Source: Amoebophrya sp. A120
Lineage: Eukaryota > Protista > Dinoflagellata
Direction of reading: 5' to 3'
Assembly (NCBI GenBank): GCA_905178155.1
Contig: CAJINV010000002.1
Span: 7,284,743-7,348,742 of the forward strand
DNA: 64,000 bases
Positions 11,876 through 24,900 of the stretch are shown piece after piece. The notes below the pieces were generated by a model. That model did no database searches, was not told where the DNA came from, and was given only the letters and a program-made list of their open reading frames with translations. The translations under genes were made by a program, and so were the position numbers. The stretch's first letter is position 1; each line of letters begins with the position of its first letter.

Positions 11876-14800
11876 ATGACGAAGCGAACCCGTGACGAGA
11901 TGACTCCTGCCGCTGCCAACCTCCTGACCGCCGACGCGCCGGAACAATTGCTCCAGCTCCTAACGAGCATCACGGACACCAAGATTGTGTCCAAGCTCGA
12001 GCAGTTGAACCACTCTGCGGATGGAACGGTAGAGCCTTTCCTCTGCACGCACCATGGCGGCTTTCACTGCGACGAAGCGCTGGCGTTGGCCATGTTGAAA
12101 ATGCTCCCGGAATACGAGAAACTGCCCATAGTGCGAACAAGGGATCCGGAGATCATCAAGAAGGCGCAACTGGTCGTCGACGTGGGCGGTGTCTACTCCC
12201 ATGACTTGAATAAGTAATAATTTGGATCATGATTCTGTTTCTAGTTGCTATTGCCGTTGCTCAAGCTCAAATGCGTCCAGCAATAAACATGGGAACTACA
12301 ACAAGGTCAACTAGAACTAGTATGTAAGTACAGGGCGCGCTTCATCTGGTTGCAAGTCCGGTCCGAAACTCAAACTTATTGGTGCACTTGTTAATGCTAG
12401 ACTTAGATGGAGAGATGGAGCTCGTCAAGATGAAATCAGAAAAAAAAACTCGAATGATACTAAACTCAGATATGACCATCACATGGGTGATTTCACGACT
12501 ACCTTTTCCCCGAAGCACAAAGTCACCAAGCTTTCGTCCGCCGGTCTGGTTTACCTGCATTTCGCCAGGAAGCTGATGGCGCTTTTTATTGAGAAAAGCC
12601 ACGACAAAGACTCTTCCGGGGAAAAGCCGGAAATTACAGATATTCTGATCAACAAGCTGTACCGAAATTTTATCGAGGAAGTTGACGCAATTGACAACGG
12701 CGTGGAGATGTCCGAGCACATGAAGTACAGGATTGGAACTGGTTTGGGGTCGAGGATTAAGCGATTAAACCCAAGCTGGCGGCAAGAGAACGTCTCTAGT
12801 GAGACAGAAAACTACCAGTTCAAAAAAGCCATGATGGTCTGCGGAGAAGAGTGGTTCTACCAAGTCCAGTCACTGCTGGTTGAGTGGTAAGTACTACTGC
12901 TGGTGAAATTTTTATACCGACAACTTTTCTGCTTCTGCATAGTTTTCGCATGGTCCTTTTCGGGTTGGAAATTCTGCAGAAATTTGTGGGCTCTATACGA
13001 TGGATTTCGTCGCAGGTGCTTGCGTCGCTGGGGGGCTGTGGCCCCCCCCCTATGGGGGGGGGCGGACGATTTTCCCAGAAAATTCACCCACGAGCGGACT
13101 CGGTTGATTTTCGGGCTTTCTGGAAGGCCTTTTTGGGGTTCGTGTTATTTTCGGCGCCTTCCGGGGCCTTTTTTCTGGCCCAGGAAAACGGCCTTCGTGG
13201 CGCACCCAAAAGAGGCGCAAAACCGCTATCATACCGCCGCGAGTGAATTTCTTGGGAAAATCCAAGGACCCCCCGATTCGGCCCGCGGGGTCCGGAAGGC
13301 CATTCCGAAAAAAACCCAGACGCGGAAGTCCAACGTGGGGCCGTCGGGGGTCCGCAGGATCTGGCGCGCTGATGCCGTTGCCGCCCGGACCGGCGACGGG
13401 GGATGTTTGTGGCGCCCTTCCATGTCGCTTTGCGCCTCGGCTTTTCCGGACGGGTCCGGACCGGGGCCGCGACCTTATATCTTCGTCTGCCTCATTTAGT
13501 TGGGGGTTGGATTTTTTCGAATTTTCACAATTCCCAGAAAGTTCCGCTTAGTAAGAAATTTGTGGGCTCTATACGATGGATTTCGTCGTTGGTGTCCTCG
13601 TGTCGTTGGGATCGGAGTGGTCTATCGCAAAACCACCGGGGAAAAAGGTGAAATAATGTGGAGGATTTGAAATAGGGAAGGGCTTTGCGGGTAAATGGCA
13701 GTCGGGCCCGGTAACGCTGCGAAGCAGATTGAAATGCTCCAGCGCTCACGGGGTGACGTCTTCAAGCCCACTCGCAAAGCTGCCCTGCCCGCAGGAAAGA
13801 AACCGCGGCAGAAGGATAGCAATAGGCGGAGGCCAGGCGCTATCCAGTGCGGAGCTCTTGCATCTGTCCCGGGGGTCCAGCCAAGCGGTATCGCTTCAAG
13901 GGCTTTCTTTCACATGTGAAAAAATGGATTTTGTTTCTGGCGGCCATTCTTTCACATGTGAAAAAATGGATTTTGTTTCTGGCGGCCATTCTTTCACATG
14001 TGAAAAAATGGATTTTGTTTCTGGCGGCCATTCTTTCACATGTGAAAAAATGGATTTTGTTTCTGGCGGCCATTCTTTCACATGTGAAAGAATGGATTTT
14101 GTTTCTGGCGGCCATTCTTTCACATGTGAAGCAATGGATTTTGTTTCTGGCGGGTATTCTTTCACATGTGAAAGAATGGATTTTCTTTCTGGCGGCCATT
14201 CTTTCACATGTGAAAGAATGGATTTTCTCTCTGGCGGCCATTCTTTCACATGTGAAAAAGTGGGGCTTGTTCCTGGAGGTCATTCTTTCACACGAAAAAG
14301 AGACGTGGGCTCTATACGATGGATTTCGTCGCTGGTGTCCTCGTGTGCTTACAGCTTGGATGGCCATTAGATTTCTCTGTGGTGAATTTCGCGTGATTTT
14401 AGGGGTCTGCAAGAATTTGATAGGTGGCGCTGCGAATATTTTCTCCCGGAAATGTCGACATCCGCCCGATGGAATAATCGTAGCGACATAAGTTCCAAAA
14501 GGCTTCCGGTGGTGGCGGAATTTTTCCAGCAAAAAAAAGACCGGGATGGGGCGCCTCAGTGTGTAGCTGCATTGTCAGCGCCCCACCCCTAGGATGATGG
14601 GTTGCGAAATAGCTGCGCGCAGTTACTTTTGTTTTCTGAGTGCTTCGGATGGCTTGTCGGGCTCGGGCGCCTGATCTGTCAGACGTCTTCTGCTGCGGCA
14701 AGTCATAGCAATTCAATGCCTCGCCTGCCCTTGTGGCGTGCTGTGCATTTTGTTGGTTTTGTATTTGTGCGTGAATGCGCCAAATGTTTCGCATTTTCTG

Positions 14801-15707
14801 AAGCAAATGCGCGGTGATCGTTTCGAATGTGGTTTTCCGACTCGGGGGTCCAGCCAAGCGGTATCGCTTCAAGGGCTTTCTTTCACATGTGACAAAATGG
14901 ATTCTGTTTCTGGCGGCCAGTCTTTCACATGTGAAAAAATGGATTTTCTTTCTGGCGGCCATTCTTTCACATGTGAAAAAATGAAATTTGTTTCTGGCCG
15001 CCATTCTTTCACATGTGAAAAAGTGGGGCTTGTTCCTGGAGGTCATTCTTTCACATGTGAAAAAGTGGGGCTTGTTCCTGGAGGTCATTCTTTCACACGA
15101 AAAAGAGACGTGGGCTCTATACGATGGATTTCGTCGCTGGTGTCCTCGTGTGCTCATGTTGCTTCTCAAGTGATCGACTCCGGCATTCAATAAATTTACA
15201 CATTGCATTCCGAAACCAAAAACTTTTAACTCAAGGTACCCTGCCCGCAAGATCGTTGCTGATGCTTGTGCGTCCGCTTGTCCGGAGTACTACACCAGCA
15301 GCCACCCAGCCGGCACGCAGAACGGCCACCTGAAACTGGACGCGGATAGCCGAACGCTGATCCTCCCGCGGTGTTGCCCCTGGCAGGAGCATTTGCTGGA
15401 TATCGAACACGAGTTGAACATCGCGTCCGATAAGGACAAGCAGATTCTCTATTGCATTTTCCCCGATTCCCGGTCCGGGTCGTTCCGGATCCAGGCGGTG
15501 CCGAAAATCCGAGGGTCGTTCGAAAACCGAAAGCCGCTGCCGAAGCCCTGGCGCGGGGTCCGCGACGACGAGCTGTCCGGGGTGGCGGGCATCCCCGGGT
15601 GCGTTTTTACCCACGCCAGTGGGTTTATCGGCGGAAACCAAACCTTGGAAGGCGCCAAGGAAATGGCGCGGAAAGCCGTCGAGTTTCCGATGGAGCAGAA
15701 CTTATAG
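11876..15707 (+). CDS. MYG1: MYG1 family exonuclease (UPF0160); exons 11876-12213, 12470-12886, 15236-15707
   Basis: Motifs [69 protein letters not shown] and [10 protein letters not shown]. Two GT-AG introns (12214-12469, 12887-15235) join the exons in frame. Confidence 0.95.
13907..14297. repeat. 42-bp minisatellite, 9 full units plus a partial unit, in MYG1 intron 2
   Basis: Unit CTTTCACATGTGAAAAAATGGATTTTGTTTCTGGCGGCCATT starting at 13907, 13949, ... 14243, with a partial unit at 14285. Contains the palindrome TTTCACATGTGAAA. Confidence 0.97.
14880..15102. repeat. Second array of the same 42-bp minisatellite, 5 full units plus a partial unit
   Basis: Units at 14880, 14922, 14964, 15006 and 15048, partial at 15090. 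Same 5' and 3' flanks as the first array. Confidence 0.97.
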
Positions 15708-18700
15708 CGATTGCGGTTCTTGTTCACCTGCTTGCAAACAAGCTCATTTTTGCAGCAGATGTTAAGGATCTAGTAGTCGATTCGGAGGATCATGATAGTG
15801 CGGGAATGCTTGTCCATCATCCGACGACTTGCACTTCTGCGAAGAACATCTTGCTTCTAGAAGCTGAAGCTCCGCTAGCACTGGCGTCGTGTGATAAACC
15901 TCCTATGCAGAAATGTGCCCGGTATGCTAATCAAAATCAAGTAATCCATGTGACAAAAATCAATTGGCTCGACAGTGTGGGCGCGCAAGAGCTTTTTTGT
16001 GCCCGAAAAAACATCCGAGGCTTGAGGCCACACTTCTGCTTGGTCACGGTGACGGTGAGTCAGTGGCACGACGTGTTCCGATTTTTCCGAAGAAAGAGAT
16101 CAAAAATTCACGTGCGTTTTGTTGATGTAGGTGACGATCTTCTAGCAATGCTATTTCGCGGGTGCGACGACCCATCCTCGCTTCATCGGCATTCGTGCAC
16201 TCGTAATTTTTATACGTTGCATGTTGACACAAGAACGGTCTAGCTCTAAGCAAGTATGCGACTGTACAAACATGACGAGCCTGAAGATGTTGAAGGCGAC
16301 CCGCCACATGGTAAGAAGATCTATTTCATCTACAACTTAAGCTAGTTATCATGTCGCACACGCAAAGCACGATGCGCAAGTCCTAGTGAAAGACAACAGC
16401 ATCGCCGACGTGTCGTATGATAGGATCTCACTTTACTACCAACACCCTAGCCCGTCTGGCAAGCTTGGCAGCCTTCAAGGTTGCCCATGGTTCCGTAAAG
16501 AATCTCGTTGTAATTATTCGCTGTATTAAAGTTAATTGAGTACATTGTCGGCTTGTATACGATGTAGATTTCCCTGATTACTGTGCTATCGATTTCGATG
16601 GGTCTCCCATCAAGGGTAATTTAAATGTGCCTGCCTGACTTCACTTCTACAAAAAAACTACAGGGACGCCTGGTTGTTCGACTTCTACGACACAAGATTA
16701 ATAAACGCCAGAAAAAAGCTCCTAAGCGCTTCTCTAAGTCCGCCCCAGAATAATATTCTGCCCACAGTGTGAAGTATAGATTTTAGTTCCTTTTCTAGCC
16801 GACATTATCATCTACTATCCACTACCGATGTTTTCTTCAGAGCAGAGACTACAGAGTGCTATAGTACAACTGTCTGATATTGCAGGGGCGGCGCAATACA
16901 GATAGGATACACATACAGATACCAGAAGTAAATTACGTACTTAATAATTTTCGTTGCTTCTTCTGCATCAGAACTTTTTCACTGATGTCGAAGAAGCCAG
17001 AAAAATATCATCTCGAACTACCTGAGCGAAAGATTAGACATTACCCTCACGAACGAACAACGCTCCTGATATTTAGTCAAGACGCTGCTGTTTCGCTAGC
17101 GCAGGCAAAACCAGTGCGAGGGGACCTGGTCCTAGGGGCACCTCAGACAAGAGGGTTCTACTTTTGGGAGCCGCAAAGAAAAGCATTATACCATCGAAGT
17201 AGAACCAGATCCCATCTTTCTGCGAAGAGCGAGGCGGGATCTACTACCATATTTGACAGGAGCTGGCGCTATTTTTTCAGAAGGAATCGCACAAGTCACT
17301 GCGTGAAGCACAGGACGGTACGTATAAACGTATGCTAGTAGCTATAGCTTCGTCATCAAGGAGGAAACAAAGCCTGCTCCTAGTAGAGCGGAACAATAGT
17401 TGTCAAAGCCTCGCCACATCAAAGAGAAAACCCCTTTTAGCACCATCATCCACGACTTGTGATTTGTAAAATCGCTGATTTTGGGGCATAAATTGCTTCT
17501 TAGAACCAGACTTACACTTCACATTTTTCAGAACTCCACTCCTCGTCAAAAAGTTGTGCCGGACACATACTAGTCACAGAAACTAGCCCAGCTAGAGTGG
17601 ACCTTCTACTCTTCAGCTCACAGACTATATCTGGCTACATTCGTGAGATTTAGCACTGGAGATGTAACTTGTATATTCAAAGTTTTTTTTTCTACCCACG
17701 ACTTCGGACTTCCCTTGGGCGAAATTACTATGCCGATTTCGCCTAAGTAGAGGTGCGGGCTGGAAGAAGTATAGTGAACATTACTAATTTCACCTCTACT
17801 ACTTGCCAGTATAAAAACCAGCACTAGTGATCGAAGCGCTTTCGCTCGGCTTGTTGCATGGCAGGTCGGGAGAAGATAGACGCGTGCGATTCCTCAGGCG
17901 GTGAAAAATAAATACAAGACCAGGAAAGGAAATGACATAGACGCGACCTCCACCAACACCACACTATTACAATTTTCGCCCGCAGCCGCACACAAGTGGA
18001 GGACCCTTAGCCTGCGCTGGTTGTAACCGTCACATTCACCACCGGCCATTCCGATTTTTTTAGCTCTCAAGCTACTGCAGCCAGTAACTGCTTCTGCCTA
18101 CCTGCATTCCAGAAAATTTCTACTCTTTGTACGATGATACCGCGCATAAGTGCGAACGAAGCTGCCGCGTCATGCTATACCATAAACTCGCGCACACCAA
18201 AAAAAAACATAAAAAAAAGCTGTAGTGATAAATAGTTTATTTCTGTTCATGTGACAGTAGCATCGCATAGACAACAATTCTTGCAAGGCATGATATCTTG
18301 AGTAACCACTTCAATACATATGTCGATTCTGCAGTAAAGCATATTTACTACTTTGTGATTACGTTTTAGTTTTTCCCACCAATTACATCTCGTTTATTCA
18401 TCATTTAAGCTATCACAAACAGACACAGACTTTTTTTTGTTTGCATCCATCCATATCCAAACGTCTTGCGCATGAGCAAGGAGTAAATTCCGATTCAACG
18501 AGCTAGTCTATGGTCCCGGACAGCTCCCTTTTCGTTTTATCGAAACACTGATGTTGCCGCTTTTCTAGGTCGTGTAAAATACTTGTAGGCAGTTCAACAT
18601 AGAAAAATAAGTTTCTCGAATCGAAAACGGGAGCAAAGAGAAATATGGGCGTCGTCCTCGTGACCTGCTAGTAGTGTCACTCTTAGCTAGCACGCGTACG

Positions 18701-18994
18701 ACGATAGGCGCATAGCAGAAGTGCATTGCCATTGCTCTCGGGTGGGCGACCACACGTCACAGTTGTAAAGACGTACGGAGGATCGTCCACCAGCAGGTCA
18801 GTCTGTGCCTGATCTCATCTTCATCCGCCCGGGAAAACTGCCACAGCCGGAGACCGACACCGAACAAGAGGAGTAAAGATATACGACTGGAGTAGTTAAG
18901 TTTACACTGCTCTGTAGACAACACGAACACACACAGTTGCATCTTCTACATATAATAATTCCCGCGTCACCAGAAGTCCTCCTCCAGAGACGAG

Positions 18995-21900
18995 ATGGAG
19001 GAGCAGGATTTGATGGCGCGGAGGCTCCGACGGGTCCGCGCCCGGCAGATGCAGTACGAGGCACAGTACTCCTCGAGCAGCGCGACGCCGCCGCACGGCG
19101 AGAGGCGTCCAGCCGGGGAGCAGTCCTCCTCGATGATGTCGCCGAGTACAAGTGGCGAAGCAGCAGATGTTGGCCGATCATACGCGTCACCTCGACCTCC
19201 CACAAGAAGTGGGGAGAGTAGTAAACACTGTTCCACCAGCAGCGCCAGGAGTGCAGCTGCCAGCAGCAAGAGCATCTCATGCGGCAGAAGTAGTGCGGCG
19301 AACGCCAACAACGAGAACGCCTCCAGTGTGGGGCAGGAATCCAGAGACTCCTACGGAAACTTCACAACGAGCTCCCGCAGCACAACAAGAGCAGGAGGTG
19401 CTCGACGGTCACCGCGGAGAAATTTGATTAACGCCGCACACCGTCGCGAGAACGCAGCCGAAGATCATCCCGGGCGTAGAACGGTCTCTTCGGAGCAGGA
19501 TTCTCACTCTGCTGATGTGGACCTCAAATTATACGCAGCGGGCGAGCAACATGATCCATGTCCATCTCACACTCGTCTGCCTCTCGGGAGTACGGATTCT
19601 TCCAGAACTCTCGGCAGCTCAAGTTATAACAACAGCAGCAGCCCACCGGGCAGCACCAGCAGCCAGAAACACAGTGGTCGCCGCGGGGGTGAAGATGATG
19701 TTCATCATCTTCACACGCACAGGAACAAAGTCGAACCTGCTACCCCTGGAGGCTGGAGCACGAGCTTACCCAGCACGAGTAACGGCACGAGATCGTCAAC
19801 GTCACACCCGTCGCAAAGTCCGACGCATTTGACCGACGACTCGTCACTGCTGAGCAGTCCCGCGGACCTTCGGAGCGGCGGATTGCCGCCCGTGGCAGTC
19901 GTTGAGCTTTTGCAGAGCCAACCACCGCCTGTGCTGGTGCCTACCGCCACCAGCGCAGCCGTTGCGAGAGCAGGAGGCGTTAGTGGAATGAACACACCAG
20001 CAGGTGGTGCCCCCACATCTGCGTCGGTGCATGCAACCTCATCGGCATATCCTCGGGGACAGGGTCTGCCCTTACTGCAGCATAACCGACGCGCGAATTA
20101 TGGAAATGCGCGGGAGACGGATCTTAACTTGAGAAGACAAGCGCGTCAACACGAGGACCAAACCAGCGCACGGGGCTCAGTGCATCTCTCGACATCGAGT
20201 AACAGTGAGGTAAGCAACAATAGCAGCACGAATTCCCCGGAGCAGCACTTTTTGGACGGCGGGCGGGAATCGATGCAGTCGGATCAGCAATTCGATATCG
20301 GAGAAGCCTTGGGAGAAGTAGATCTCCAAGACGAGGATTTGTTTGAGCAGCGGCCTTCCCAGATTCAGCCGAGGAAGGAAAATCCAATCATCAACGGCAT
20401 CGCAAACAACTTTCCGGCCTACGCGTCACCAGGAATATTGGGAGCTCTCATCGCCTGTCGCTACACCGCGAAAAGCATGTAAGGATGCTTCATGTGTCTT
20501 TCTAATAGCTATTTGTTGGCCCAGGTCCTGCCATGACGATCTTTTAACTCTCTTTTCCTTCTGATTCTTTTGCTTTTCTGCACGAAAAATTTCTTGCTTG
20601 CAATGTTAAGACACAATAAACAACTTTTTCAGTGTCGAAGCGGGCGTGAACGCCGCCGACCTGAGTCAAGCCGAACCGTCAAAGATGCTTACCTTTGCGA
20701 GTGCGTCCAAGCAGTTCCTGGGGAGGGCGCCGTTTCAACTGCAATCAGAGCAGGTGATCTCGTCTGCAGGTGCAGGAGGAGCCGAATCAAGCTCCGTAGT
20801 CGCGGGAGGACCTGCAGCAAGTGGTGTAACTCTTGCAAGCGGAGGTGCGTCGTCTTCTGTCGCAAGCGTCACAGGAGCTGCTGTCGAGTACCCGGGCAGC
20901 GGCGCCGATATTTCGTATTTCACGGACAACCACCCGAACCCGGCCACGTCGCTGGACGAAGCGTACAGAGCGCTCGGAGCCGGGTACTGCGTTTCGCAAA
21001 ACAAAATGAAGACCTAGTACCATGGCGGTGTATGCATGTAGTCGTGTCGCATGTGCATCATACTGCCACCTGTGTTTCTGTGTCTCGTGTAGCTATTTCT
21101 ATATGTTCTATTACTAGCGGCAGGGACACGACACCTATTTCTATACCAATGGGCCTCACTTGATGAGATGGCAGATGTAACTTCATACTAATCAAATCTA
21201 CCACAGCTCCACCGCCCGTCTTAACGCTCAACTCCGCATGGAGATGCTTCAGAGACCGCATCATTTAGCGCCGCAAAACACGACGCCGACAGCTGCAGCT
21301 GCGCACACGGGAGCGGGCCCGCCCGCGCCAGATCTGTCGCCAAGCCACGAGCTGCACCACTTTGACGAGCATGTGATGGACGAGGCCGTGGGTGGCACGA
21401 CTGCACCACCCCCAAGCACTTCTGCGCATCAACCCCTCACCACCGCTCGTCCTCCACCGTTTGTGCCAACTGCGGCCTTGACAAACAACTACGGGAGCGC
21501 GACACTTGGTCAGGAGTATGTGACCAACAGCGCGAACAATGCTGAGTCGTCTGCGAACAACTTCGGCGTGGCGAATCTGAACGCGCAACAAGTCCATCAC
21601 GTACTGAATAACATGCAGCAGGCGCAACAGACGGAGTTTGCCACCGCAATGCGAGAAATGGTCACCGCAAGGGAATACGCTGACGCCACGGCGAACTTGG
21701 CAACTGGCGCGAATGGAGGAGCCATTTGTATTTAAAATATAATTAAAACGCCTGCTGCCTACTTACAACTTTTTGTACCCCTTCGGCCTGATGATTTATC
21801 TGTTGGTTTACTTGATGTCTCGTGTTCGAGTTTTTCTTTGGCTGTGCGTGATGCAGCAGCACTCACACCCAGCCAAAGCAGCCTCCAGGAAATAAATCTT

Positions 21901-24900
21901 TGAACTTATCATGAGTCATAAGTTATGATCACAGCCTTCCAAGACATGCTGCGACAACCCGGCCTGGATATCCTTACGCGACAACCGGGCGGTATGCAAG
22001 CCGTGTATGAAGCCCAGCGAAATGCTCCCTCAACGGCTTACTCCTACACGAACAACACGGGCAACAGTGCGGCTTCAGCCTCCGGGGCGTCGGCGCACCA
22101 CAACTTCAACGCAGCAATGAATGCGGGCACCACACCAGGCACAGCATCCGCGTCCCCGCCGCCCCCTCTGGCGTCGATGGAAGCTTTGTCCCTGCAGAGC
22201 TACCAAAACGAATCGCAGCGGCTGAACGACACTCTGCGGAACTACTACAACTCACAACTGGGAAGGAGCAACTGGGTATCAAAAGGAAAAATCCCCCCTC
22301 CCCACATCGAAAAGGTATGTTTCTGAAAATTTGTGTTGCTGATTTGAGGTCACAAATCACGTCTGTCTTGCAAGAAGACAGGCGCAGAGGCTTCCGCGCC
22401 ATTATGGAAGCGATTTGGCATGCTGTTGCGCCTAGGGGGCACCCGTTTGCAATGCTAAGCAACTAGACCTATACGCCCCTACCTAGGCCGAGGATCTGGC
22501 TGCGATGCCTTACTGCAAGACCAATCCGATTTGTGTACCCAAATCCTGCATCACAGATTTCCATTTCGATATGGGGAGGGGGGATTTTTCCTTTTAATAC
22601 TGGGTCGGGCCGGATGGCAGGGTGCACAGCTACTGGGATTTGCGGCATCCGTACCTGAATGACCACAGTCTGCCGGTGCAAAACAACCCGCTACCAATGC
22701 CTGACATGGTGGGCGGGGAAGGAGGTAGATGAAGACAGCAAGTTTCTTGTTCTTAGAACGCATGCGCAGCACCAAGCAGTATTTTTTGGGATTGGGGCGC
22801 GACACCTTTCGGTGTTGTATTATCCTTTCCGGTTTGGGTATGTTCACATAGTATTTTTAGGTTCAGAACATGCGTTTTGCGCGCTTTCTCTGATCGGGCC
22901 GTCCTACGCCCCACCGCCACATCTTCTTCCCTACGATTCTATGTCCTGTTTCCGCCCCTGTCCGACACCAGCGTCGATAGGGTTTTGAGGGTCTTAGGGT
23001 TTAGGATATTTGATCTTAGAACGCATGCGCAGCTCAACAATCAGACATGAATATGAACAAATTAACTGCCTCTGACGCAGCGGAGTAGGAGTCTTTTATG
23101 CATTAGACGGAAATTCAGCACAACATTTTCAATCAAGGTCCTCCCATCCCGCCTCCTCCGGGTCTGGACAACAGCGGCAACGCGCCGAATCCATTGGTAA
23201 ACGACCATTACTCTGCTTCAGACGACCAGCCCCCACCACCCCCACCACCAGAACCCCCCGCGGCTGGTGCAGCAGCAGTGGGCGCCGCCGGAGACAAGTT
23301 GCCCCTGCAGAGCACAGCGGGCCTCGACAACTCCAACCCCGGTCCGGATGGCGGATCCCTAGGCGCAGCGGGCTTGTTGCAAGCGGTGCCCTGGCAGGGC
23401 GCGGCGCACGGAGCCGAAGTCGCGTTGTGTGTCGCGACTGTGATTGAGGCTTTCGGATACTTGCTGGAGCATGGGGTATTGCTATCATGTCAGGAAGGAT
23501 GTAGCTGCTCATTTTGTTGTTGTAGTAACGCTAGCGCCAGCGGCGAAAATTTATAGTACAACAGGAAAGTGTGTTTACTAATAGTTTCCGTAACGTCCAA
23601 CATCAGGACTCCAACGTCGCCCTGGAACGGCTGCAGCAACGATGCAAATACGCGATGTCTCGGGGCGCGGCAGTCGGCGCTCTGTACCAAGCCTGCGGTC
23701 AATTTGCCTGTCCGCTCGCCACGGTAACGGGCATAGTTGCCGCGGGAGAGGCGATAGCCGGCTACAAAAACGCACAGTACGACCGATCCGCGCACGCAGC
23801 GGTGAGAGGGGGCGCGACTTTTGCGGCTAGTTCAGCAGCGATCACCGGAGCCAAAAGTGTATCAAGCGTTCTCGCATTCAGCGGCGGGGCCGCAGTCGTA
23901 GGACCAGCTGGGGCGGGTATAGATGTTCGTTTCAGAAGGCGCCGCATTGAAAACGATTCACAACAAGTGTGAAAATCTATTACTGTGTACGCGAAAGAAG
24001 TACTTGAAACCAATTTCAAGATACGCATATATGCAACTACATCAACAGCATGGCCAACATAATCTTCAACTTCTTATTTCTAGGTGTCTTGACTGCACTG
24101 GCCTCCGCCTACTGCGCATTTATGATCGGCGGCATGGCGGGAGAAATGGGAAAAGAGTTCCTGGCAACGCGGTATGCACTGCAAAAGTATCGTACTAGTA
24201 TAAATCGCATTACAAATTTTCCCAAGAACAAAAATGCAACTTGTCATGCTATTTCAGGTAGAAACTTGGACTTGTCATGCATATCTGCAATTAGTACGAG
24301 CACGATACTTTTGCACAGGATACGCGGGCAGAAAGAACGAAAGTGGAGAAGGCCTTCAAAACCATTTTTGGCGACGACGTCTCCTTTGAACCAAACACAA
24401 CGCTGAACAAAGCTATGCTAAGGAAAGCGTATTGCTTTTCTTTTTCAAAATCGTTTTTGTTTACCCTTTTGTACGATAGAAGTCACGTGCATGATACTCT
24501 AAGACAGGGCCTCTCGCGCTCCCGGAAAAGTTCATGATAGATGTTGTAATGTAGCGCCGGAGCAGCCTGGCTCTGGATCCTCGTATTGCCTCCAGGCAGG
24601 ATAGTAAAGGTACTATCCACGATGACTCTACAAGCAGATTTTTGTAGTGCAAAAAGAAAAATGAAATCGATGAAAATGAGAGTTAAGCAAAAATTCAAAC
24701 AGCTACTACACCACTAGCCGTGCCTTCCACCCGGACAAGGGCGGCAGTCGCGAGAAGTTTGTCGAGCTGGCGGAAGCTTATCAGATCCTGATCCAGCATC
24801 TGAATAAACAAACGCGCGAGTTGAATGAGCAAACGTGGTTTCACCTGCTCTCTGCCGGCTACTTTGTGAACAACGGGGAGAATAACACCGGCACAAATCC

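Noticed and set aside
13907-15102. CRISPR-like array (regularly spaced palindromic repeats)
   Set aside because: The intervening sequences are near-identical rather than unique spacers, there are no cas genes, and the context is a eukaryotic intron. It is a minisatellite.
13729-15250. Repeat-protein ORFs ([14 protein letters not shown] etc.) on both strands
   Set aside because: By-products of a stop-poor 42-bp repeat inside MYG1 intron 2.
15708-18994. ORFs in the long intergenic gap (15452..16243, 16880..17338)
   Set aside because: No recognisable motifs or coding-like composition; the first overlaps the MYG1 3' end out of frame.
21728-24083. GTAT-starting canonical introns (21728, 23476, 23917) as TAT...ATA elements
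   Set aside because: No matching ATA end, TIR or 5-bp duplication; they have normal AG acceptors.
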